Made by a program: the position numbers and the translations under genes. The notes below the pieces were generated by a model, which saw only the letters and a list, made by a program, of their open reading frames with translations, did not search any database and was not told where the DNA came from. A DNA stretch of 21,012 nucleotides from Chiloscyllium plagiosum (Eukaryota), in NCBI RefSeq assembly GCF_004010195.1, contig NC_057750.1, positions 17,580,499-17,601,510 on the forward strand. The letters run 5' to 3'. This document shows positions 1-10,170 of the stretch, in pieces. Numbering within the stretch: the stretch's first letter is position 1; each line of letters starts with the position of its first letter.

Positions 1-415
1 TCAGAAACAGTGAACATGACACAGGCTGAATGCAGACAAAATCTCCAACCTTATAATGGCTCCTTGTATATTTTGAACTGCAGATTTTAACTGAAATAAA
101 ACATCCGTACACAGAAACAAAGTTATGGAACACTGTAACAGATGACAACCATTTCATGATAATCTGTCACTTCTCAGCATGTTTTAAAGGTATATAAATG
201 TTATTCTTTCTTGTTACTTGTAAAGGTGCAAAAAACATGGAGAGCCTACGAAACTTTTGTCTCTCTCCTCTCTTATGTTTTTTAGCCAAAAATCTGCATG
301 CATTTTTTTAAAATAAAGGCTGAACATTTTTCAGTTCAAGGTTGTTTCTGAATCTTTGTCTAACGTGTTGATTTAGCTCTCACAGATCCCTGCTAATTAA
401 AATCTGATTCAACAA

Positions 416-708
416 TGGCACAGTGGCTCAGTGGTTAGCACTGCTGCCTCACAGCACCAGGGACCTGGGTTCAATTCCAGCCTCGGGTGACTGTCTGTGT
501 GTTTCTCCCCATGTCTGTGTGGGTTTCTTCCTGCAGTCACAAAGATGTGCAGGTTGGGTGAGTTGGCCATGCTAAATTGCCCATAGTGTCTATAGGTTAG
601 ATGCATTTGTGAGGGGTAAATATAGGGGAATGGGTCTGGGTAGGGTACAGTTTGGAGCGTTGGCGTAGACTTGTTGGGCCCAAGGGCCTGTTTCCACACT
701 GTAGGAAG
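416..708 (+). mobile_element. HE1-type tRNA-derived V-SINE
   Basis: Pol III A box (TGGCTCAGTGG) and B box (GGTTCAATTCC), central domain (aaagatgtgcaggtt...ggccatgctaaattgccc) and CR1-like tail (gggcctgtttccacactgtagg). Aligns by eye to six other copies in the window. Confidence 0.9.
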
Positions 709-973
709 TTTAATCCTAAAACGGTCTGGTTAGCTCAGATGGCTGCTTTGCAGTGCATAGTAAGGCCAGTAGCTCAGCTTCCATTCCTGCATTTGTGAGG
801 GGTAAATATAGGGGAATGGGTCTGGGTAGGGTACAGTTTGGAGCGTTGGCGTGGACTTGTTGGGCCCAAGGGCCTGTTTCCACACTGTAGGAAGTTTAAT
901 CCTAAAATGGTCTGGTTAGCTCAGATGGCTGCTTTGCAGTGCATAGTAAGGCCAGTAGCTCAGCTTCCATTCC
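602..973. repeat. 186-bp direct tandem duplication (602-787, 788-973)
   Basis: The two copies differ at only 2 positions by manual comparison (gtagac/gtggac; aaacgg/aaatgg). Confidence 0.95.
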
Positions 974-1036
974 GGCACTGGTTAAGTTTTCCACGAAGGA
1001 CTCTGTTTCTCCAGCTCTCCCCTTGCCTGAGGCATG
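912..1036 (+). mobile_element. 5' part of a second tRNA-derived SINE family (head also duplicated at ~726-787)
   Basis: Starts ggttagctcagatggctg and is similar to the copies at 9016-9226 (+) and 14185-14394 (-). Confidence 0.6.
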
Positions 1037-1198
1037 AATCACCTGCAGCACCCTCCATTTTGCTTTGAACTCTGTGGAGTTGAGGCTTGTGTACCCTTTC
1101 TGACTCAGGTGCAGGCAGGCAAAAATCTGACCTCAGCGAGCACTCAATCCTTTGATGTCAGGCTATCGAGTATTTCGTGATAAGGGAAATGACGTATC

Positions 1199-1428
1199 AA
1201 GTTGCCAGGCCTCCAGGATTCTATAATGAAAGATTAATCTTGACAATGTTACTATGAGAAACCCAGGAGAAAAGGAAATCAGGGGGCAATAAAAATGGGT
1301 CGTTTTTTTCATTTTCGTTTTCACTTTCAATAAAGAAATCGTGCTGCTTGACAGTCTGGAGCAGTTGGAGGCAAGAATTAATGGGATGAGAACTGTCAGG
1401 AATTCATCCAACTGATGTTGGCAGTCCT
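1199..1428. mobile_element. Degenerate non-autonomous DNA transposon (MITE-like) with GTTGCCA-type termini
   Basis: Left end aagttgccag and right end ttggcagtcct form an imperfect inverted pair around an AT-rich non-coding interior. The interior resembles a shark repeat I recall with AGGGTTGCCAAC termini; not database-checked. Confidence 0.5.
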
Positions 1429-1592
1429 GATGATGTAAAAACACTTTTTAGGTGGTATTGTACAGGAATCTGGCAGAGGGCTAGCATGGCTGTGATTGTT
1501 TCCTGGCAAATGTGCATCGTGTGTCTCCCTCAGCACTGTGACCGGTTGCCGAGAGATTAGCTAAGCTACGTAAAGCCTGCATTTCATTCCAG

Positions 1593-1668
1593 CCATCATC
1601 AGGCTGAGGACTCGGATGAGCCAGAGCCAGAGTTTCGAAGGCGTTCCATTAGCACTGCTCAATTATCA
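1593..1668 (+). CDS. Possible 76-nt internal exon of an unidentified gene
   Basis: Acceptor cctgcatttcattccAG and donor GTGAGT. Two frames are open (HHQAEDSDEPEPEFRRRSISTAQLS or IIRLRTRMSQSQSFEGVPLALLNY). It lies in apparently unique sequence, but no partner exon or homologue was recognised. Confidence 0.25.
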
Positions 1669-2689
1669 GTGAGTCATTGCTCTATCTTTCACTGTCGCCC
1701 ACCCAACATCACATCATCTCTAAACTCCCTCATTTCTTGTCAGTTTTCAGGCTGAGATGTTGTTTATGCATGGCCTGTTCCAACCATCCTACTCCCCAGC
1801 TCGCTTTACTCCAATGCCTTCTCAGCTAAAGTTTCCCCCTCTGTTTTTCTCCCCAGAGAGAGCTGGTGTTTCTGGGTAATTAGCCCACAGTCCTTTTCTC
1901 ACCCAAGTGGCTGCATTCATGTGTGAGCTTTGGAAGGGGGCACAGTGCAGGGGCTCATGGGGAAGAGGGTTCAGTGAATGGGGGATGGAGGAAGGGGGGG
2001 GTTGAGGAATTGGATAGGAGGTAGTGAATGGCAGAATGGCCACAAACATGAAGCAAGCCCCACCTAAATTTAATTGAAACACGTTTCATCGCCCCCTTTG
2101 CGAAGCCAATGTTCTCAACGACGTCAAATGTTGGTCAAAGGCCAATTGCACCAAGCCATTGGTGCGGATGAATCAAACACCACGTCCCAGTGAGGCAAGT
2201 GTCACTGGCTCGAAGGTAAAAGGAGGTGGGAACATCAAGGATTCATTGGGTAGATTCGCAACCACCCGGTCCTTTTTTTGGTATCACTGACCGTACCTGG
2301 GGAAGGACACCTGTACAAACCTTTCAGCTGATGATGGATTCGATGTTGATGACCAGCGGCTAGAATTTATTACATAGAAGTTAGTAACGAGTTATATTGC
2401 AATCAGAGATTCATGACAGGTTCCTCTGTGGTGACCAGCCTCAATTTAAGATGAGGTCCATATACTGCATCGGTTACATCCTATCAGCAGTCACTGATGC
2501 ATCATTGCACGCTCTCTGGCGAACACAAACAGGACTCACTGGGCACCGAGAACTGGCGACCTGCTTCCGAGCTTATCTTGAGATGTCAATTAACCCTTTC
2601 AGGTACTCACTGCTGTGTACAGGAGAGATTTGAAGAAGTTGGTGGGGTGCAAGAGAGTAAAAGTATTTGATAGTTCGGGAAGGAAAGGC

Positions 2690-2772
2690 TGAGGTAGAAG
2701 ATCAGTTGTGATCCTAATGAATGATGGAGCAGGTCCAAAGCATCTTTGGCTGAACTCTTGCTCCTAAGTCAC
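2690..2772 (+). mobile_element. Old CR1-type LINE 3' tail fragment
   Basis: gatcagttgtgatcctaatgaatgatggagcagg...cttgctccta resembles the 3' end of shark CR1 elements. Confidence 0.45.
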
Positions 2773-3176
2773 ATGGTCCAAAGTCCTTCATCCCATCCAG
2801 CCCACTTTGTCCTCCTGGTACGTTTTAATAATTCCAAATCCCAATTCTTAACTAGAAGCTGCCTGGTTTCTCTCTTGAAACCCACTCACGTGTCCTGATC
2901 AATCACCCTGCTGGATCTAAATATTGATTAGTAAGTGTGGTCTCACTCCCCATGACTAACAGAGTGATTTTACTTGTCAATAATGAAGAACTATGTCATA
3001 AACCCAGGGATTAAACCAAAAAAGTTTGTTATTTTATCAGGTGGAATGGAGGAGAGATTGAGTCCTTAATGACAGAATCTTTGGCAAACTCCAGTCTCTG
3101 GAAGGTTCTGTTCAGCCATTGCTGTAATGGTATATAGCACCTTGCAATTTTGAAATGAGCACGTAACTGAGATAAT

Positions 3177-3468
3177 GGAGGTGACGGCCGAATGGTATTA
3201 TTGTTGGACTGCTAATCCAAACATCCAGGAAATGGTCTAGGCACTTGGTTCAAATCCTGCCATGCCAGTTGGTGAAATTTAAATTCAATAATAAAATTTG
3301 GAATTAAGAGACTAGTGATGCCCATTGTCTGGGAACCATCTGGTTCGCCAATGTCCTTGAGGGAAGGAAACTGCCATCCTTATCTGGTCTGGTCTCCATG
3401 TGACTCCAGACCCACAGCAATGTGGTTGACTCTTTACTGCAGTTAGGGATGGACAGTAAATGGCCTGT
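3177..3468 (+). mobile_element. Old tRNA-derived SINE (third family)
   Basis: A-box-like ggccgaatgg and B box GGTTCAAATCC. The core ccatctggttc(g/a)c(c/t)aatg recurs at ~14674-14691. The 3' end resembles the tail of the CR1-like LINE at 15804-15828. Confidence 0.65.
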
Positions 3469-3784
3469 GACAGAATAAAACTGAAAGCTGATTTTACACA
3501 TTCCCCTCTGTGCTCAATATTCTTGGGGAATGCATGAGGAGCTCAGTAGGTTGGGAGCAGTTGGTGCTCCTGCCCTTGGCATTCATTCTGTTCGCTGTTT
3601 TACTTTCTTTCTCAAAAACGGAGCTGGCACCCATCGACATGGGGTTGAGCAACTCCACCCTCTGCCAGGGGATATCATGTTCCTGGGTGGGGGCTGACTG
3701 GAGATGGATCTGACGGGGATGGTGGGGTCAGGTGGCATTGCAGCTGCAACTATTGAACAATACCCAGGCATGGAACATTCATGG

Positions 3785-4430
3785 CACACAAATGCCAGGC
3801 AATGATCGTTTCCAACAAGAGGGACTCTAATCATTGCCCTGTGACATTCAATGGTATCACCATCGCTGAACCTCTCGCTATCAAGATCTCTGGGGGTTAC
3901 CATTGACCAGAAATTGAAATGAACCAAACACAATGACTACAAGAGCAGGTCAGAGGCTAGGAATATTGCAGTGAGTAACTCACTTCCTTACTCCCCAAGA
4001 ATTCGGGAGTGCGATGGAATGCTCCCCACTTGCCTGGATAGGGACAACTTCAACATGGATATGGTGGCTCAGTGATTAGCACTGCTGCCTTACAGCACCA
4101 GGGACTTGGTTCGATTCCAGCCTCACGTGGCTGTGTGGGTTTCCTCCCACAGTCCAAAGATGTGCCAGTTACGATGAATTGGCTATGCTAAATGCCCCAT
4201 AGTGTTCAGGGATGTGTAGGTTAGGTGCATTAGTTAGGGGTAAATGTAGAGTGACAGGGTAGAGGAATGGGTCTGGGTGGGATACTCCTTGGAGGGTTGG
4301 TGTGGACTTGTTGGGTCTAATGGTCTGTTTCACACTGTAGGGATTCTATGATTCAACAACACTCAAGACACCATCCAGGACAAAGCAGCCCATTTGATTA
4401 GGACCACATCGAGAAGCATCCACTCCCTTA
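3785..4430 (+). mobile_element. Decayed CR1-clade LINE (family B), C-terminal ORF2 region, interrupted by an HE1 SINE
   Basis: Collinear with 15160-15460 (tgacattcaat..., gcaggtcagaggctaggaata, gacaccatccaggacaaagcagcc). Confidence 0.75.
4056..4351 (+). mobile_element. HE1-type V-SINE with 7-bp target-site duplication
   Basis: A and B boxes, central domain and tail present. TTCAACA flanks it at 4049-4055 and 4352-4358. Confidence 0.9.
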
Positions 4431-4440
4431 AAAGTGAGTG

Positions 4441-4625
4441 TCAATGAGCAGGGTCTTGCTGCTGATTAGTACAGTTAATGACCGCTTTCTTCCTTGAGTT
4501 TGCTGATGATGAAGAGTAGACTGAAGAGGGGTTATTGACCAGATTTGATTTGTCCTGCATTTTTTTGTGGACAGGACATATGCAGGCAATTGTCCACATT
4601 GGGGAGGTCCAATACCAGGGGATAT
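4441..4625 (-). mobile_element. CR1-clade LINE (family B) reverse-transcriptase N-terminal fragment, frameshifted
   Basis: The translation WTIACICPVHKKMQDKSN matches the W-K-x-A-x-V-x-P-x-x-K-K motif that precedes NYRPISL in non-LTR reverse transcriptases. Confidence 0.7.
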
Positions 4626-4654
4626 GGTCTCTGAATAGACAGCAGGCCATTCAG

Positions 4655-4752
4655 TACTGAGATGAGGAGGAATTTCTTCACTTAAAGAGTAGTGAATCTT
4701 TGGAATTCTCTGTCCCAGAGGGCTGTAGAGGTTCCATCACTGAGTGTGTTCA
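4655..4752 (+). mobile_element. CR1 LINE 3' ORF2 fragment
   Basis: gagatgaggaggaatttcttcac...gtgaatctttggaattctctg is similar to 17868-17920 and to the typical CR1 C-terminus (RRNFF..RVVNLWNSL). Confidence 0.7.
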
Positions 4753-4754
4753 CT

Positions 4755-5451
4755 GGGTCTCCGGCAGGTGGTGAGGGAACCAACAAGAGGCCAAAATATA
4801 CTCAGCCACATCTACCTCAATCAGCCTGCCGCGAATGCAACTGTCCATGGGGCAGTATCAGGAAGAGTGACCAAGGCAGAATCATTGGGAGGAAAGAGTC
4901 CCATTTTCCCAATGAGGAAACTCTACATTGTGTTGTGTCAGACTGTGTACTCAAAACTGGTCATCCTTGAGGCACTCGAGATTATCAGCAGGAGAACTGT
5001 ACACGACCTCAATCTGCAACTTCATGGCCTGGCATATTACCCGCTCTACCAGTGCCGTCACGCAAGGGATCAATCCTGGTTCTGAAGCATCAGGGAAACC
5101 CAAGAATGAGGTGTCACCCTGGTGAAGCTACAAAGTAGGATTAGGTACATATTACATAGTGGAAACGGCATGCTGTAGATAGAGCTAAGTGATCTCACAA
5201 CCAATGGATCATACCTAATCTCTGTAGACCTGCTACATCCGGCCATGAATGGAGCAGCTGACTGGAGGAGCAGATTCCACAAAGATTCCCATCCTCAGTG
5301 ATGGAAGAGCCCAGCACATCCGTGCAAATGATGAGGCTGAAGCACTCGCAACAATCTTCAGCCACAAATGCCAAGTGGATGAACCATCCCGGCCTCCTCC
5401 AATGCTCCCCAGCATCACCAGTCTTCAGCTAATTTGATATACTTCATCTGA
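4755..5451 (+). mobile_element. CR1-clade LINE (family B) endonuclease end and linker region; resumes at ~7587-7757
   Basis: LRQVVREPTRGQNIL matches the AP-endonuclease Q-x-V-x-x-P-T-R motif. EAEALATIFSHKC matches the linker motif found before the RT domain. Confidence 0.75.
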
Positions 5452-7112
5452 TAGAACATAGAACAGCCCATCGTGTTGTACCGAACCTGACGCCAAACTA
5501 AACCAACCCCTTCTGCCTGTCCTTGGTCCATATCCTCCAATCTTCACATATTCATGTGCTTATCTAAAAGTCTCTTAACGTCCCTATCACACCTGCCTCC
5601 ACCATCACCTCTGGCAGTGCATTCCAGACTCCTACCACCCATTGTGTAAAAAAAACCTTGCCCCTCACATCTCCTTTGAACTTACCCCTCTCACCTTAAA
5701 TGCATGCTCCTTAGTATTACTCTGGGAAAAAGTTCCTGACCATCAACCCTATCCATGCATCTCCTAATTGTATAGACTTCGATCAAATCTCCCCTCAGAC
5801 TCTGCCACTCCAGAGAAACCAACCAGAGTTTTTCTAGCCTCTCCTTATAGCTCATACCCTCTAATCCAGGCAGCATCCTGGTAAACCTCTTCCATACCCT
5901 CGCCAAAGCCTTCACATCCTTCCTGTAATGTGGCAACCAGAAGTGAACGCAGTACTATAAGTGTGGCCTAACCAAAGTCTTAAAAAGTTGCAACATGTCA
6001 TCCTGACTCTTGTACTCAATTCCCCGACCAATAACGGCAGGCATGCCATATGCCTTCTTTACCACCCTCTCTACTTGCATGGCCACCTTCAGGGACTTGA
6101 ACCACAAGATCCCCCTGTGCATCAATACTGTTCAGGATCCTGCCATTAACCGTAAACATTTCCTTAGCATTTGATCTCCCAAAGTGCAGACTTCACACTT
6201 ACCTGGATGAAACTCCATCTGCCAGTTCTCCGCCCATATCTGTAACTGATTTGTATCCCGCTATATCTTTTGACAACCTTCTACACTATGTATTATCTGC
6301 AAACTTACAACTGTTCCACCTACATTTTTATCCAAGTCAGTTATATATATCATAAACAGCAGAGATCCCTGTACAGATCCCTGCAGAACACCATTAGTCA
6401 TGGACCTCCAGCTTGAAAAACACTCTTCCACCTCTCCCCTCTGCCTTCTATGGACAAGCCAATCCTGAATCCATGCAGCCAAGTCATGGTGGATCCCATG
6501 CATCTTAATCTTCTGGATGCGACTACCATGTCAGACCTTGCTGAAAGCCTTACTAAAATCCATGTAGACAACCACCCACTGCTTTACCCTCATTGATCAC
6601 CTTCGTCACCATCTCAAATAATTCAATCAAATTGGTAAAATATGACCTGCCCTGCACAAAGCCATACTGACTGTCCCTAATTAGCCCATGCTTTTCCAAA
6701 CCTGCGTAAATCCTATCCCTGAGAATTCTCTCCAATAGCTTCCCAACCACTGATGTGAGACTCACTGGTCTATAGTTTCCTGGATTATTCTTATTTCCCT
6801 TCTTGAACAGAGGAAGAACATTACCTACTTGCCAGTCCTCCAGGACCTCTCCAGTGGCGAGTGAGGATACACAGATCTTGGTCAAGGCCCCAGCAGTCTC
6901 CTCTCTTATCTCTTTCCATAACCTGGGGTAGATACCATCGGGCCCTGTGGACTTAGCCACTTTAATGCTCTTCAAGAGATCCAACATCACTACTTTCTCA
7001 ATTTCAAACTGCCCAGCATATTAGCATGCTCCACACAAATCTCACTATCCTCCATATTCTTCTCCTGGGTAAATACCATCGCAAAGTATTCATTTAGGAT
7101 CTCACTCACATT

Positions 7113-7246
7113 AGGAGAAAGTGAGGACTGCAGATGCTGGAGTACCAGAGTTGATAATTGTGGTGCTGGAAAAACACACCAGGCCAGGCAGCATCCGAGG
7201 ATTCCTGAAGAAGGGCTTATGCCCGAAACGTCGATTCTCCTGCTCC
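7113..7246. mobile_element. Short Penelope-like non-autonomous insertion with hammerhead motif, inside the CR1
   Basis: Perfect 13-bp flanking duplication TCTCACTCACATT (7100-7112, 7247-7259). The CR1 translation resumes across it (NVSE...NVSEILNEYF). Shares sequence with four other copies. Confidence 0.8.
7199..7238 (+). ncRNA. Minimal type I hammerhead ribozyme motif
   Basis: CUGAAGA (7205-7211), extra A, stem II GGGC-UUAU-GCCC, GAAA, palindromic ACGU in place of helix III, and a GUC cleavage triplet ending at 7232. Helix I is weak (ggauuc/gauucu). Confidence 0.65.
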
Positions 7247-7499
7247 TCTCACTCACATTGTCTGCTTCCAAGTGCAAATTCCTTCCTTTATCCTTCAGTG
7301 GTCCTACCATCTCCCTTGTTATCTTCTTGTTTTTAATATACTAATGGAATGCCTTGGGATCCTCTTTAACATTACTTGCCAAGTTCATTTCATGGCCCCT
7401 TCTTGCTCACCATTTCCCTGCCTGAGTATTTTCCTGTTTTATATTCTTCACAGGCCCTGTCTGATTTTAGCTTCCTCGACCTTACATGTGCTAATACCA

Positions 7500-7578
7500 G
7501 AGCTGAAAATGTGTTGCTGGAAAAGCGCAGCAGATCAGGCAGCATCCAGGGAACAGGAGAATCGACGTTTCTTCAGGA
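7500..7578. mobile_element. Short Penelope-like insertion with hammerhead stem II deleted
   Basis: Flanked by ATGT(G/T)CTAATACCA (7486-7499, 7579-7592; 13/14 match). gacgtttcttcagg is the minus-strand hammerhead motif lacking its stem II hairpin. Confidence 0.7.
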
Positions 7579-7586
7579 ATGTTCTA

Positions 7587-7757
7587 ATACCAACAAATGG
7601 GTCAGAGGCACTGGTTATTGCAAAGGATAAGGGCCTGACTGTAATCGGGCAATATTACTGATGTCTCGTTCTCCAGAACTGGACTTGATTCTAGTCAAGC
7701 CATTCCAAAACAGCCGCATGACAAATTGCCCAGGTATGTCCTGCCCACAAAAGGCAG
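7587..7757 (+). mobile_element. Continuation of the family B CR1-clade LINE from 4755-5451
   Basis: EALVIAKDKG resembles the K-A-x-G-P-D motif region. aaattgcccaggtatgtcctgcccacaaaa (KIAQVCP.HK) matches the reverse complement of ~4560-4593. Confidence 0.6.
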
Positions 7758-8422
7758 AGAGAAAACAAATTGCCTCTTCTCTACCCTAAAAGGGCAAACC
7801 CTTTAAAAGAACTCCCATGGAATATATATGGAAAGTAATATAGTATCATCTAAGACAAGCCAGGGTGGGGTGGGTGTATGCAGTGAGGGATTTTGAATGC
7901 CCGAGTGTAGAGTAATAATATAATCCCAGGGCCTCTCCCTCAGACACTGTAGCTCCTCACCAGGTCATGCAATAGTTACTGAACCACCACCACCAGAGCT
8001 CATCACTCCTTTCCCCAATGTCCAGCTGGGGTAGCAGCTTTCCATCAAAATGATGGCTTCATCTCAGGGAGGCATCAGGCTGGACGAGGGATAAATTTGT
8101 TAGCTCGCTGAGCATGGCCAAAACTGCAAATGTACTAAGCAGCTAGCACACAGCATGAAGATCACATAACAAATAGTACATTGCGCATGGAGCAGGTCGA
8201 GGAAGAAATTGGCTTTTGTTTTCAGTTTAATATTGATGCAATTGCCATCCTAATACGAGAACTGCTACTCTATTAATAGGAGGAAACACGTGGGGCTTTG
8301 TTTCAGGTGCCATATGTTTATGCTGATTAAGCTACTGTGTTGTATTCATTGCTGTGCTCTACCTGACAAATATTTCAACTATGGAAGAATTGCAAAATGG
8401 GTGTACAGAACTAACACAAGCT

Positions 8423-8709
8423 GGGTGACACAGTAGCTCAGTGGCTAGCACTACTGCCTCACAGCATAAGGGACCCGGGTTCGATTCCAGCCTCGGGCGA
8501 CTGTCACTGTGGAGTTTACACAATCTCCCCGTGTCAGCATGGGTTTCCTTCAAAGATGTGCAGGTTGGGTGGATTGGCCATGCTAAATTGCCCGTAGTGT
8601 GCAGGCCCGTAGCCGTGGTAATCCGTCAGGGGTAAATAATAGGTCTGGGTGGGTGTGGACTTGTTGGGCCGAAGGGCCTGTTTCCATACTGTAGGGAATC
8701 TAATCTAAT
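8423..8709 (+). mobile_element. HE1-type V-SINE
   Basis: A box, B box GGTTCGATTCC, central domain, and tail ending aatctaatctaat. Confidence 0.9.
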
Positions 8710-9015
8710 TACAGTGGTAGGTCTAGGTGGGATGGTCATGAGAATGTCAATGTTACATCCCTGGATTCCATCCCTCCACCATTCTTTCGAACTCTAGTTA
8801 ATACAGACCCTAACTAAAGGAAGGTTGTTGGATGAATCAGTGTATGGGAACAGCGTTCCAGAATTATCACTTGAGGTGCTTTTCAAAGAGAGAATGATCA
8901 GACCAAGGAATCTTCACTGCAAGGTGCTGTTAATGATCTTCACCTCAACTCCTCAATTTAAAAACATTTGTGTCAAACTAAACAGAACTTCATTTGGCAG
9001 GGTGTGGGGGAGATG

Positions 9016-9226
9016 TTGGTTAGCTGAGTTGGCTGGACAGCTGGTTTGTGACACAGCGTAACACCAACAGATGGGGGTTCAATTCCAGCACCAGCTGGGA
9101 TTACAATGATAGCCCTGTCTTCTCAGCCTCACTCAGCCCGAGCTGTGCTCACCACCCTCAGGTTAAACTCACCACCAGTTATCTCTCTGTAATGAGAGAG
9201 TAGTCCTACGGGAATATGTTTACCTT
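9016..9226 (+). mobile_element. tRNA-derived SINE (second family)
   Basis: A-box-like TAGCTGAGTTGG and B box GGTTCAATTCC. Reverse-complement similarity to 14185-14394. Confidence 0.7.
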
Positions 9227-9269
9227 AGCTTTTACTTCACATTTATGCAGAATAATCAATCTCAGAAAA

Positions 9270-9425
9270 TCGGTCAAGGAGCTTCTCAGGAACATAGCCA
9301 GAAAATTGACACTGAGCCAAGAAGGAGACAAGACTGGTGACTAATGCTTGGTTGAAGTAGCAGTTTTTAGCGAATGTCTAACAGAAAAGAGAAGAGGTCA
9401 GTGCAAAGGGGTTTGGAGAGGGAAA
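9270..9425 (-). mobile_element. Old L2-type LINE 3' fragment
   Basis: aaaattgacactgagccaagaaggaga...ggtgactaatgcttggtt resembles the antisense 3' end of shark L2-like repeats, from recollection only. Confidence 0.4.
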
Positions 9426-9428
9426 CAT

Positions 9429-10170
9429 GGCAGACCCATCACAGGCAAACCCATCACAGGCAGACCCATCACAGACAACCCCATCACAGTCAGACCCATC
9501 ACAGGCAGACCCATTACAGGCAAACCCATCACAGGCAGACCCATCACAGGCAAACCCATCACAGGCAGATCCATCACAGGCAGACCCATCACAGGCAAAC
9601 CAATCACAGGCAAACCCATCACAGGCAGACCCATCACAGGCAGACCCATCACAGGCAAACCCATCACAGGCAGACCCATCACAGACAAACCCATCACGGG
9701 CGAACCCATTACAGGCAGACCCATCACAGACAAACCCATCACGGGCGAACCCATTACAGGCAGACCCATCACAGGCAGACCCATCACAGGCAGACCCATC
9801 ACAGACAAACCCATCACAGGCAAATCCATCAAAGACAAACCCATCACAAGCAGACCCATCACAGGCAGACCCAAGGCAGACAGACCCAACACAGGCAGAC
9901 CCAACACAGGCAGACCCATCACAGGCAGACCCATCACAGGCAAACTCATCACGGGAAGGCCTATCACAGGCAAACCCATCACAGGCAGACCCATCACAGG
10001 CAAACCCATCACAGGCAAACTCATCATAGGAAGGCCTATCACAGGCAAACTCATCACAGGCAGACCCATCACAGGCCGACCCATCATAGGCAAACCCATC
10101 ACAGGCTGACCCATCACGGGCAGACCCATCACAGGCAGACCCATCACAGGCAAACTCATCACAGGCAGAC
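9429..10170. repeat. 15-bp minisatellite (GGCAGACCCATCACA) x ~49.5
   Basis: Directly visible. The 15-bp phase is kept over 742 bp with substitutions only. Confidence 0.99.

Larger units (their letters stand above)
5450..7490 (-). mobile_element. 5'-truncated CR1 (HER1-like) LINE with pseudogenised ORF2 reverse transcriptase
   Basis: ORF pieces 6553-6990 (KSTGPDGIYPR...PLFKKG...NYRPVSLTSVVGKLLE...SQYGF), 6261-6503 (GVLQGSVQGSLLFMIYITDL) and 5691-5936 (RFTRMLPGLEGMSYKERL...LRGDLIEVY). The tail reads tgttctatgttctat on the minus strand at ~5450-5464. Multiple stops and frameshifts. Confidence 0.93.

Noticed and set aside
84..189. Possible + strand exon (tgcag...aag/gtatat) with one open frame
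   Set aside because: Weak polypyrimidine tract and donor, AT-rich, and the peptide is not recognisable.
6553..6990. Functional reverse transcriptase gene
   Set aside because: The element is 5'-truncated, frameshifted and interrupted by an insertion, and no intact FADD motif appears in the ORF pieces.
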